This document shows positions 25,562-34,390 of a stretch of DNA of 42,218 bases, in pieces. The stretch is from a virus. How positions within the stretch are numbered: the stretch's first letter is position 1; each line of letters begins with the position of its first letter. The notes under the pieces are model-generated. The model worked only from the letters and a program-made list of their open reading frames with translations. It was not told the DNA's origin and made no database searches. The position numbers were made by a program, and so were the translations under genes. The stretch spans positions 1-42,218 of the IMG/VR virus record IMGVR_UViG_3300021791_000004. The stretch is one strand, 5' to 3'.

Positions 25562-25922
25562 ATTTCTTAGACGTTACATACCCATATAGTAGCACACCAT
25601 AATTAATTATATCTAGGATAGTATCCTTAAGACTCTCATCTGCAACTTGAAACTCTCCCTCTTGAGAGAAGGTAGATAGTCTAGACATCTTATCAGTCAT
25701 TCGTACTAAGAACCCTTTCTCTGTAGTAGTTATCCCCATGGATTCTACCCTTGTAAAGTTAGCAAAAGGAATATGCTCATGCTTACCACCAGCATAGTCA
25801 TGATTCTTCCTGCTCATCAGATCCCTTGCTTCCTTAGTTAAAGCATCATGAAGCTTAAGCAACTCTGCTCTATTCATGGGAGGGTTCTGCTTGTTCACAT
25901 GCATTGGCTCGGAGGATTCCAT
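25560..25922 (-). CDS. DUF1599-like all-alpha protein (nucleotide-metabolism/modification-associated family)
   Basis: 120 aa. SD aaggag lies 8 nt before ATG 25922. Pattern KNHDYAGG ... RMTDKMSRL ... ADESLKDTILDIINYG matches my memory of the DUF1599 signature (K..DYG, R..DK..R, ES..D...D..NY). Confidence 0.55.
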   Translation of the reverse strand: MESSEPMHVNKQNPPMNRAELLKLHDALTKEARDLMSRKNHDYAGGKHEHIPFANFTRVESMGITTTEKGFLVRMTDKMSRLSTFSQEGEFQVADESLKDTILDIINYGVLLYGYVTSKK

Positions 25923-26674
25923 AGTTTTATCTCCTTGTTAGATAGGTTGTAGTCATTAGATCGTAGTATGCGTGCCACTCTTGCTTGAATCAAAGCATCT
26001 TGCTTAGCCACCCCTGCTAGCTTGAAGCTGGTGAATACCCCTTTCCATCCTAAGTTCTTATCCAACAAGCGTTTAGCTCTTACCGGACCTACTCCCGGAC
26101 ATCCAGAGTATCCATCAGCAGAATCTCCTACTAGTGTCTGATACATATGATTTGTATCAGCTTCGCTTTGGGATATCTTATACACCCCCTGATCTGGCTT
26201 AGCAGGGTTGTAATGAAATCCCGGTATAGTCTTAAGGTCTTTGTCTACTGATACCAGAATAGCTGTATCAGGAACTAGATCTTTATTAGTTCCAAGTATA
26301 CCTAAGATATCATCAGCTTCTAGCTTAGGAAGTACATAGGTTATATAAGATTCTTTCATCCTATCCTTTAGATAACCTAGTAGCATTGGACCTTCTCTAT
26401 TCTTACGATTCCCCTTATAGGAAGGAAGCAAAGAATGCCTAAAGTATTTTCTAGTAGGATCAGAGAATGCAAGAATGATCTCAGGATCTTCAGTCCAACC
26501 ATCTAGGTGGACAGCTTTTCGTAGATCTTCTATGGATATCTGTATCTGATTCCAAGCTTCGTTACCATCAGCATACATGGAAAAGATTTCATCTGGCCAT
26601 TTGATTGTTCTTTGAACAGCAGTTCCTATCTGCATGACCAACGTGTCAGCATCAATTAGTAGTGTTGTTTTCAT
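25895..26674 (-). CDS. 5'-3' exonuclease (T7 gp6-like)
   Basis: 259 aa. DKDLKTIPG, GDSADGYSGCPGVG and ARILRSNDYNLSNKEIKLWNP compare with T7 gp6 DKDFKTIPN, GDITDGYSGIAGWG and ARILRFNEYNFIDKEIYLWRP. Confidence 0.9.
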   Translation of the reverse strand: MKTTLLIDADTLVMQIGTAVQRTIKWPDEIFSMYADGNEAWNQIQISIEDLRKAVHLDGWTEDPEIILAFSDPTRKYFRHSLLPSYKGNRKNREGPMLLGYLKDRMKESYITYVLPKLEADDILGILGTNKDLVPDTAILVSVDKDLKTIPGFHYNPAKPDQGVYKISQSEADTNHMYQTLVGDSADGYSGCPGVGPVRAKRLLDKNLGWKGVFTSFKLAGVAKQDALIQARVARILRSNDYNLSNKEIKLWNPPSQCM

Positions 26675-28551
26675 TAGTGTGTTTCCGACCAGTTGTTGCC
26701 CACTTTATATTCCCCTAGCAAGGGACATCTAAACTCAAAGTCATCTCTGGTTATTTTAATAGCTTCAATAGCCAACTCCCCCAGTGTATTGGCTATGCTC
26801 TTGTTGCACTCCCACTGAAATTCATCATGAACATTCACCACTAACCAATAGTCTCTCTGATGAATCAAACCTTTACGGTTAGCAGCAAGAGATACAAACC
26901 TTATCAAGGTCTGCTTCATGATAAGAGCACCAGCACTTTGAAACAATAAGTTAGTTGCACTGTGCTCGGATCTTATCCTTAACTCTCTTCCATCTAATCC
27001 TTTGAGGAACCCTACAGTCTTGAACCTATCCTTTATGTCTACCATTAACTGATCGAAGGCAGGCATATTACCCAGAAACTTTCTCTTCAATGCCCTGCCT
27101 ATAGCTACCTGCTTACTAGAGTTAGCTGAAGGATCCACTATGGATCCAAGCTTCTGGAATCCAGCACCATATATCAAAGCATATATGAACAGCTTGCTTT
27201 GATCCCTAGTAGCCAAGCCAGCAGCTTTCTGATTAGTTACATGAGGATCACCTTCGCTCACCTCTTTGACATATAGTCCTCCATCATACGGAGCAAGGTA
27301 GTGAGCAGCACACCTAAGCTCCAGACTACTAGCATCAAAGCCACAAAGGACATTACCGCTAGCTGGTATGAAAAGACTCCTACACTCTTTACCAAAAGGA
27401 TTGCCAACCCTAGGAACTGTCGCCAAGTTCGGTCTAATATGGGTGACTCTACCACTTACTGCTCCATTTGTATTGCAGCCTCCATGAAGTCTGCCACCTT
27501 TCTCTAGTCTTAGCCACGCTTGATCCCCTTCAGCCAACTGACCAATACGTTTCTCAAGTAGAAACAACTTTGATATAGCTTCTGCTGGAGGATAGGGAAG
27601 CTCCGATAAAACGGTTTCGTCCACTTTGGGATGTCCATCACCTGTAAACTCCTTAGGTTTCCAGTCAAAGTTCTTAATAAGAAGAGCCGCTACTTGCTGC
27701 CTAGATGTGGGGTTGAAGGGTATCTCCTTTACTCTAGGGGGTCCCGGAGAAAGTTCCTTTCTATCTACCCCCTGCTCCTTAGCGTCCTTAATAGTCTCAT
27801 ACAAAGTATTATCTTTAGATCTGTAATACTGAGGACGCTTAAGTTCTACTGTAGTAGCAGGTACATCTTTGATCAAAGCACTTCGGATCTTATCTCTGCT
27901 CTTGATTAAGTCAGCATACAGTTTGCCTGCTTTAGCTACATCAAAGCCAAACCCATTAACTTCCTGCTTAGCTATGATCTCTGCAAACTTATGCTCCAGT
28001 TCCAAAGCTCTATTAGAATAGTTCTTAGACTCAATCAACTTCCAAAGCTTGAAGGTTATCTCTACGTCACGCTCACAATACTCCTGCATATCAGGAGTCC
28101 ACTCAGCAAAGGAGCTAGTATCTTTATAATCTCCTTTAAGGATACCTAGTCTATGCCCCCAAGATTTGAGTGAGTGCTTACCTTGTAGTTCTTTAGGGGT
28201 TCCTTTACGGATATCCCTATCTAATATGTCAGTCCATATCAATCTACTGCATACCAATAGATCCATATGCTGTGCGTTATACACATCAGTTAGCATATTG
28301 AACTCTAATGGGTAGGCTAACTCTAGGATAGGTACATCAAACCTAATTGAATTAAACCCTATCATTAAGTCTGAGCTAGCCAACTTCTCTACACCTGCTA
28401 ATAAGCTTCTCTCTTTAGAGTATCCATGCTCTGGTTGATCGGCATAAGAGAACACCTCTTGTGTATCTATGTCTTTAATGACAATAGAATGAACCTTACT
28501 AAAGGTATCCATTAGCCCATCTGTTTCTATGTCGAATACATACTTGCTCAT
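26674..28551 (-). CDS. DNA polymerase, family A (T7 gp5-like)
   Basis: 625 aa. Exo motifs DIETDGL, FNSIRFDVPIL and YCERDV. Pol motif A FDASSLELR, motif B RDQSKLFIYALIYGAG, motif C VNVHDEF. Confidence 0.93.
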   Translation of the reverse strand: MSKYVFDIETDGLMDTFSKVHSIVIKDIDTQEVFSYADQPEHGYSKERSLLAGVEKLASSDLMIGFNSIRFDVPILELAYPLEFNMLTDVYNAQHMDLLVCSRLIWTDILDRDIRKGTPKELQGKHSLKSWGHRLGILKGDYKDTSSFAEWTPDMQEYCERDVEITFKLWKLIESKNYSNRALELEHKFAEIIAKQEVNGFGFDVAKAGKLYADLIKSRDKIRSALIKDVPATTVELKRPQYYRSKDNTLYETIKDAKEQGVDRKELSPGPPRVKEIPFNPTSRQQVAALLIKNFDWKPKEFTGDGHPKVDETVLSELPYPPAEAISKLFLLEKRIGQLAEGDQAWLRLEKGGRLHGGCNTNGAVSGRVTHIRPNLATVPRVGNPFGKECRSLFIPASGNVLCGFDASSLELRCAAHYLAPYDGGLYVKEVSEGDPHVTNQKAAGLATRDQSKLFIYALIYGAGFQKLGSIVDPSANSSKQVAIGRALKRKFLGNMPAFDQLMVDIKDRFKTVGFLKGLDGRELRIRSEHSATNLLFQSAGALIMKQTLIRFVSLAANRKGLIHQRDYWLVVNVHDEFQWECNKSIANTLGELAIEAIKITRDDFEFRCPLLGEYKVGNNWSETH

Positions 28552-30174
28552 TCAGAACTCTCCTTGTGCTTGCTGATCAAACCCTACGTCCAATACCTCT
28601 TGCAATCGGGCAGTGTCACGATCCCATTTCAAACTTCCACATACACCTGTGTCCCCGGTGTGCCTGTTCTTTAATATCCTTATAGTAGAAGTGTCCTTGT
28701 CATCATCATCCTCTGACTGCTGATTGCGTTCAGCACTTAATACTATATCGGATATCTGCCCTATCGCATGTGAACCTCTTAACAAATTAAGTGAAGGTCT
28801 ACTCAAACCCTCTTCAGTACTCCTTTCAGTTCTTCTTAGATGGCTGACCACAATCAGTCTGCATCCTACCTCTTGTGTTAAGGCCCTTAGTTCTGTCATA
28901 GTGTTATCAATCATTCGCCGCTCATCCCCATCTGCTTGTCCAGATATAAGTATAGATAAGTGGTCAATGAACACAGTCTTACAATCTAGCCCTCTAACTA
29001 GATACCTAACTTTAGCTATTAGATTGTCTGGATCCAAGACTCCATGATGATCATACAAGTACCATCTTCCAGATCCTAAGGTGCGATCATATGCTTCCTT
29101 TAGTTCTTCTAGACCTACAACAGAGCTATCTAGATGAACAGGTTTGCTAAGCTCAGTAGACAGTATGCCTAAGGCAGTTCTCTTTAAGCTTTCTTCAAGA
29201 GCTATGTAACCTATAGTCTCACCCTTGCTTGCCCAGTAGTGAGCAAGCTCTCTACATATAGTACTCTTGCCTGTACCAGTGGCAGCAGTGATGGTAACAA
29301 TCTCATGAGTTCTACATCCTAAGGTCATCTCTTGAAGCGTAGCCCAAGGATACTCAATGGCTTCAGTGTCAGCAGGTTTAGAAACTAAATCCCATAAGTC
29401 CCTACCATCTATGATCCCATCAGGTCGCCAAGGTCTAGCCTTGAATATAGCAGCTACAACCTCACTTCCCCTATCACTGACCAGCATTTCATTAGCATCT
29501 TTCAAAGGCAACGAAGCTATGAATGCCCTGCCCGGAGGTAGGACTGCTGCAGCTAAAGCTGCTGCCTCCTGTCCGGGAGTATCCATGTCAAACATTAAGA
29601 TCACTTCCTTGAATGTACTCAGCCACTCAATAGACTCTGATATAGCTCGCTCGGCATGAGCACTGCCATGAGCTATGCTAACAACCGGCCACTTGTGTGA
29701 TTGAATTTGGGACACCGACAAGGCATCCAACTCACCTTCAACTACAATCACCTTGGGTCCTCCGGGTTTCCACATATGCTGCCCATAAAGTCCTATGTTC
29801 TTAGTGTCGCCTACCCATACAAACTTCTTATCAGCTCCTCTAAGTTTCTGAGCCACTACTCTACCATCTGCACTCATGTACTGAGCAGCATGAACTGGGC
29901 TACCATTCATCTTACCTATGCCATAGCCCCATCTTCTACAAGTATCTTCTGATAGCTTTCGTTTAGGTATGTTTGCAAACTCTACTTCAATCATTCCATT
30001 TATACTCCTTTTAGAATGTGACTTTACAACTGAGTCCTTACCCTTCTCATAATACTTACAACCAAAGCAGAATCCATGTCCATCATCAAATCTAGCTAGG
30101 TTATCTCTGCTTCCACACTTAGGACATGGTTCATGCTTTACAAATACGCTGTTGCTGTTTGTTGTTGGGTTCAT
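28552..30174 (-). CDS. Primase-helicase (T7 gp4-like)
   Basis: 540 aa. Zn-ribbon CPKCGS...GHGFCFGC, TOPRIM VVEGELDALS, Walker A ATGTGKST, Walker B FIDHLS. Confidence 0.92.
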   Translation of the reverse strand: MNPTTNSNSVFVKHEPCPKCGSRDNLARFDDGHGFCFGCKYYEKGKDSVVKSHSKRSINGMIEVEFANIPKRKLSEDTCRRWGYGIGKMNGSPVHAAQYMSADGRVVAQKLRGADKKFVWVGDTKNIGLYGQHMWKPGGPKVIVVEGELDALSVSQIQSHKWPVVSIAHGSAHAERAISESIEWLSTFKEVILMFDMDTPGQEAAALAAAVLPPGRAFIASLPLKDANEMLVSDRGSEVVAAIFKARPWRPDGIIDGRDLWDLVSKPADTEAIEYPWATLQEMTLGCRTHEIVTITAATGTGKSTICRELAHYWASKGETIGYIALEESLKRTALGILSTELSKPVHLDSSVVGLEELKEAYDRTLGSGRWYLYDHHGVLDPDNLIAKVRYLVRGLDCKTVFIDHLSILISGQADGDERRMIDNTMTELRALTQEVGCRLIVVSHLRRTERSTEEGLSRPSLNLLRGSHAIGQISDIVLSAERNQQSEDDDDKDTSTIRILKNRHTGDTGVCGSLKWDRDTARLQEVLDVGFDQQAQGEF

Positions 30175-30637
30175 TTAGCCATCCTTGAGGTATAGTTTTT
30201 TCTGCCCATTTAAATCCATAGCGATCACACCACTGGGCATATGATGTATTGCTCTGTCGGCTTAACTTCTGAGAAGCTCGATTAAAAACAAACCTAACAT
30301 CTAAGTTAGGATGCTGATCTTTAATCTTTAAATGCTTGCTACGATCAGAAGGTTTAAACCACCCCTTGACTTCTATGTATATGCCATTAGCTAGGATGAA
30401 ATCGGGAATGTAGGTACGAGTACTGACATACCTGATGCGGCACGTTTCGTACTCGTAGTCTACACCCCGATCATCCAAGCTATCAGCTACGTCACGCTCT
30501 AAACGTGAACGATAAAACTGTTCGGAAGCTGGATACTTACTGCTAGAAGTCAATCGAGCTTGAGGCTTTCTCTTCGCTCGATAGTGCTTCGCTGCTTTCA
30601 GTGTCAGCTTCTGTCTCTTGGTCAGATACTTCTTCAT
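30131..30637 (-). CDS. Endonuclease I / Holliday-junction resolvase (T7 gp3-like)
   Basis: YIPDFILANGIYIEVKGWFKPSDRSKHLKIKDQHPNLDVRFVF compares with T7 gp3 YTPDFLLPNGIFVETKGLWESDDRKKHLLIREQHPELDIRIVF. ATG 30637 gives a basic extension of about 25 aa and a 95-nt overlap with the SSB gene. Confidence 0.88.
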   Translation of the reverse strand: MKKYLTKRQKLTLKAAKHYRAKRKPQARLTSSSKYPASEQFYRSRLERDVADSLDDRGVDYEYETCRIRYVSTRTYIPDFILANGIYIEVKGWFKPSDRSKHLKIKDQHPNLDVRFVFNRASQKLSRQSNTSYAQWCDRYGFKWAEKTIPQGWLNEPNNKQQQRICKA

Positions 30638-31223
30638 CTTCTAAGTCATGAACAAAACCATCTTGCTTAGTGAACCCCAATGCTTGGGCATCAGGACCAT
30701 GACCTCCTTCAACAAGCTCGATGACCTGTACGCCTACTAGCCTGAAAGTCACACCGTATAGCTTTCCAGTAGGATTACTATAAGGAGTCATAGTATAACT
30801 GACAGACATCTTAGTGCCAGAATAAGGATTGATAGACTTGTCCTTGATCCTGTTGCCTTTACTGTCAAACATCAAGATAGTCTTAGCTATCTCACGACCA
30901 TCCCTAGTTTTAAGGACAGCCACCTGCTTGAATCTAGCTACCATATTACCAGTAGCCTCTCCATCTTTATCAGTATCTTCTAGAACAGGGATGTGAAATC
31001 CCCAGTTCTTTCTAGCAGGATTCTTCTTCAGATCCTTGTCTCTGAAATCATTGGCCAACTCAATAGCCTGCTTGTTTATGTCCTTGATATTCTGTTTATC
31101 AAGAATCAAGTCAACCTTGTACACACCCCTGTCATCAAACTTCTTATCAGGTGTGACCAAGTGGGGGAACTTAGCGATTCCAACTGGCGTTACATAATGC
31201 GTATCATCTTTGCGTTCTAACAT
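30543..31223 (-). CDS. Single-stranded DNA-binding protein (T7 gp2.5-like)
   Basis: 226 aa. RGVYKVDL is identical to T7 gp2.5. The acidic C-terminal tail ends in Phe (...EEKASSSIDF), like the gp2.5 tail. Confidence 0.85.
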   Translation of the reverse strand: MLERKDDTHYVTPVGIAKFPHLVTPDKKFDDRGVYKVDLILDKQNIKDINKQAIELANDFRDKDLKKNPARKNWGFHIPVLEDTDKDGEATGNMVARFKQVAVLKTRDGREIAKTILMFDSKGNRIKDKSINPYSGTKMSVSYTMTPYSNPTGKLYGVTFRLVGVQVIELVEGGHGPDAQALGFTKQDGFVHDLEDEEVSDQETEADTESSEALSSEEKASSSIDF

Positions 31224-31224
31224 T

Positions 31225-31500
31225 CTAAACTATCTCCTGTGATAAAAACTCACATACATGATGGAACTCACGATGGACCTGACCATCAGATCCTGTGATA
31301 TCCCTCGTTACATTAACTAAGTCAGACACTGGAACATCATAGTTGTTAGCTAGATTCATAAGGATCATAGTTAAAGCTGCTATCCTTTCATGGGGATCAT
31401 ATCCCTGCATTGCACTTACTATAGCCTCGCTACAATAAGCAATCCTGTATCTGTTGGCAGATAGCAAACGCTCTTCGATCCTTTTAGAATCTAACTCCAT
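31225..31500 (-). CDS. Hypothetical protein
   Basis: 91 aa, ATG start, tightly packed between the SSB gene and the preceding ORF. No family recognised. Confidence 0.6.
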   Translation of the reverse strand: MELDSKRIEERLLSANRYRIAYCSEAIVSAMQGYDPHERIAALTMILMNLANNYDVPVSDLVNVTRDITGSDGQVHREFHHVCEFLSQEIV

Positions 31501-31501
31501 C

Positions 31502-31774
31502 TTAAAAGTCTCCTATATCAAGTGTCAGTCTCCTGATAGATGGGGTTAGTTTGTCCTCAGGTATATCGGCTATCTCCCATGTGTTCTTTAATTTCAATGG
31601 GTAAGCTACCCGATATACAATTGGGTTAGAAGGAACATACATAGATCTAAGTATTATTACATCCTTTACTGGTATGCTTTTACTACTGACTCGTCCTTTT
31701 GCAGTCGCCAGACGATATATCTCAGAGGCTACTTCACTTCCAGTTGCCCTGCCTATCTTCTTAATTTTTTTCAT
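31502..31774 (-). CDS. Hypothetical protein
   Basis: 90 aa, ATG start 5 nt after the RNAP stop. Basic N-terminus. No family recognised. Confidence 0.6.
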   Translation of the reverse strand: MKKIKKIGRATGSEVASEIYRLATAKGRVSSKSIPVKDVIILRSMYVPSNPIVYRVAYPLKLKNTWEIADIPEDKLTPSIRRLTLDIGDF

Positions 31775-31779
31775 CTCAA

Positions 31780-34173
31780 TTATCCTGCAAAATAAGGGGA
31801 GTCTAATACTCCAGCTATGTCTAAGGTTCCCATACTGGGAAGGGAAGGTAGCTTTGAATCTGTTAAAGATTGCAACTGTTCTCTTAGGTCTGACAGTACT
31901 GGCTTGCTATAGACTTCAACAAATGCTTCCCTTATTACACTCCCAAGCTTTTGAACATTACATGCATGAGCCGAGAATGAATCATGAACTACTCCTATAT
32001 CATCAATGCCTATCTCCTCAGCTTTGACCACAGCTTTAAGGAGAACAGTGGCATCTAGTGAGTGAATTACATTAGGTGCTACTCCATTAACTTGACGTAT
32101 AGCATCTGGAGAGGAGGATCCAGCAGCTACTTTAAGCGTAGACTTACAGCTTGAGCCATCCCCTAAAGATAAACGTACCTGCTTACTTACCATAGACTCA
32201 TAACCCTGATGGACAGGAAACCCTATGGGAGTTACCCACTTGATAGGCTTGCCGCTCTTAACAATTATCCTAGCCACATCTCTCAACCAATTCATACCAT
32301 CCCTTGCAGCTACAACTACCTCACCTATGGTGTCCCATACTATGTTGGCTAACCACTGAGCAGCTTCAGGAACTCTATCTCCGAAAGGATGTGACTGCCT
32401 TTTGTTTATGTCATCAACAATGAAAGTCCTATGTGAATACTTTCTACTACCATAAGGTGTAGTCATCACTATCCTTTTCAAAGTACCTCTATCTATCTGA
32501 TAGCTGAGCCACATGGCAGCCATCGGATCTCCTTTAACTTTCTTTATCTTACTAACAACTGCATCAGCTACATCTGTGTAGATATCATTGGGTTCTTTGG
32601 AGTACACTAAATTAGTAGAAGCTCCTGACACAGGATCTTTAAGTAGAGCAGCATAGTGCTGCAGACCTGAGCAAGTCTGATCCACACTGATAGGCAAGCT
32701 ACTCTCATAGTCTAAGCCGTCACTCTGAAAACCTGCCCACTCATGCGTCCATCTTAAGAATTGCCATGGGTCATCAGCCTCAGTCCACCACTTGTTTTGA
32801 TAGGGATCATGAGCACACTCTTCTATCTTTCTAGTGTTATCTTGCGCCCACTTTATTCGATCATCATATGATTCTTTATCGTACCCAAAGCAGTTGGCCC
32901 CATGTATTGCTAGCCATCCAGCAGACACCAAGTCTCCTATAGGTTTAGCTTCAGCAAATTGAAGCAAGCCTCTGCATAAGTCACTGCCTTGTACAGTCAA
33001 AGGATGTGGTACGGTATATACTCTGCTTCTAAAGTCTAGCTGATGTGGGTAATAGAATGTAGCATCTCCATATCTTCTACCAGTAGTTATGATCTGCATA
33101 GCTGCGATTCGTTTTGATCTAGATCGTATGTTTACATCCCATATTGCAGCAGCCTTACGCTTCCAAGCTACCCTAGATTCTCTATTAGTATCTATATCCT
33201 TAGGCTTAGGAGGCAGTGGCTTGTCTTCTGCAAAAGGTAGAGTCCCTACCTCTCTGCTCAGATGCCAATGTTCTTCTACGATAGAAAGGATAGGCGTATA
33301 TATAGACCATCCAACAGACTGAAGCTTGTTGATACCCTCATAAACTATGGGCATCTCGTAATTCTTTAAGCTATCTATGTAGCTCCTTGAAGTCCCTTTG
33401 ACTAACGGAATCCTATCTAGGATTTCTCCATGATATCCACCACTCAATGGGCCTACCCATTTCTTAGGCTCGACTACACATGGCAGATACTGAGGAGAAA
33501 GCAGCTCATAGTAATCATCATAAGCAAGCAGCCACTCTTTTAAGTTAACGGATGCTGCAATGATGGGTCCCTTCTTAGCACCCTTATGATGCATCAAGGA
33601 TTGCTTTCGTTCTACAATGCCCAAGTTAATTAAGATATCTAGAAGCACAGCTCCAACTCTAAGCCTTAACTCTTCAGTCCACTTGTCTCTATCCCATCCA
33701 GTAGTAGTCATGGCATGGGTTATAACTTTGTGCTTATATCCGGGGGACGTACTACTCTGTATTCTCCTTCTTATTGTTTCAAACAATCCGGGGTAATCTC
33801 TTCTAAATCTGTGATACCTAGACTCACGTTCAATCTCATTGCCTATCATTACTGATGTACGAGTGACTGATCTCATTCTTACAATTGAATTAAGAACTGA
33901 TCGCATGGTCAGGAGAGCAGCGGCTTTAGATTCTAAGAACTTAAGATGTTCTAATGCAATGGGTACACTGCCCGGCCTACCTTCCATCATTCCTATGCGT
34001 GTCTCAATCCTATCAGCTATAGTTACAAGCAGCCTTGCTGTGTATTCTCTTGCAGCATCTGTTGCCCATAGTTGAGATCTGTCTTTAGCTGTCTGCTGCC
34101 TAGCTCTGTATCTAATTAAACCTAGAGTAGACATCTCTGATTCCAAAGTCATTTGCTCTTCATGTTTATTCAT
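31780..34173 (-). CDS. Single-subunit DNA-dependent RNA polymerase (T7 gp1-like)
   Basis: 797 aa. VDQTCSGLQHYAALL (T7 DGSCSGIQHFSAML), VMTTPYGS (T7 VMTLAYGS), VVHDSFSAH (T7 IHDSFGT). C-terminus ...YFAG (T7 ...FAFA). Confidence 0.93.
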   Translation of the reverse strand: MNKHEEQMTLESEMSTLGLIRYRARQQTAKDRSQLWATDAAREYTARLLVTIADRIETRIGMMEGRPGSVPIALEHLKFLESKAAALLTMRSVLNSIVRMRSVTRTSVMIGNEIERESRYHRFRRDYPGLFETIRRRIQSSTSPGYKHKVITHAMTTTGWDRDKWTEELRLRVGAVLLDILINLGIVERKQSLMHHKGAKKGPIIAASVNLKEWLLAYDDYYELLSPQYLPCVVEPKKWVGPLSGGYHGEILDRIPLVKGTSRSYIDSLKNYEMPIVYEGINKLQSVGWSIYTPILSIVEEHWHLSREVGTLPFAEDKPLPPKPKDIDTNRESRVAWKRKAAAIWDVNIRSRSKRIAAMQIITTGRRYGDATFYYPHQLDFRSRVYTVPHPLTVQGSDLCRGLLQFAEAKPIGDLVSAGWLAIHGANCFGYDKESYDDRIKWAQDNTRKIEECAHDPYQNKWWTEADDPWQFLRWTHEWAGFQSDGLDYESSLPISVDQTCSGLQHYAALLKDPVSGASTNLVYSKEPNDIYTDVADAVVSKIKKVKGDPMAAMWLSYQIDRGTLKRIVMTTPYGSRKYSHRTFIVDDINKRQSHPFGDRVPEAAQWLANIVWDTIGEVVVAARDGMNWLRDVARIIVKSGKPIKWVTPIGFPVHQGYESMVSKQVRLSLGDGSSCKSTLKVAAGSSSPDAIRQVNGVAPNVIHSLDATVLLKAVVKAEEIGIDDIGVVHDSFSAHACNVQKLGSVIREAFVEVYSKPVLSDLREQLQSLTDSKLPSLPSMGTLDIAGVLDSPYFAG

Positions 34174-34390
34174 ACATCAATCGCCCCTTTCTCTTTGACA
34201 TCAGCATCTCATCATAACTAGGAATGGGGACACCGGAAGGACTACCCCAACGCCCTTCCGATTCCCCATAGATACGCTCAGCAGTTTCCTGCAGCTTTAC
34301 TTCTCGTAACTCATCAGTCAGATCTGTCAAAGAATTGACAGGGGGTATCCAACTAAATGTTGTAGTTCCTTTCATAGTGTTAGCGGGCAT
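34166..34390 (-). CDS. Hypothetical small protein (overlaps both neighbours)
   Basis: 74 aa. ATG 34390 overlaps the DUF932-like stop by 11 nt, and its own stop overlaps the RNAP start by 8 nt. No SD, so translation would need coupling. Confidence 0.45.
   Translation of the reverse strand: MPANTMKGTTTFSWIPPVNSLTDLTDELREVKLQETAERIYGESEGRWGSPSGVPIPSYDEMLMSKRKGRLMYE

Noticed and set aside
16384-34075. Other short plus-strand or alternate-frame ORFs inside the tail, capsid, portal, DNAP, primase, SSB and RNAP genes (for example 16384..16620, 18952..19349, 20525..20782, 20971..21249, 21419..21625, 25163..25372, 27258..27909, 28724..29952, 30993..31220, 31674..32027, 33089..33322, 33839..34075)
   Set aside because: All lie within motif-supported minus-strand genes and have no independent support.
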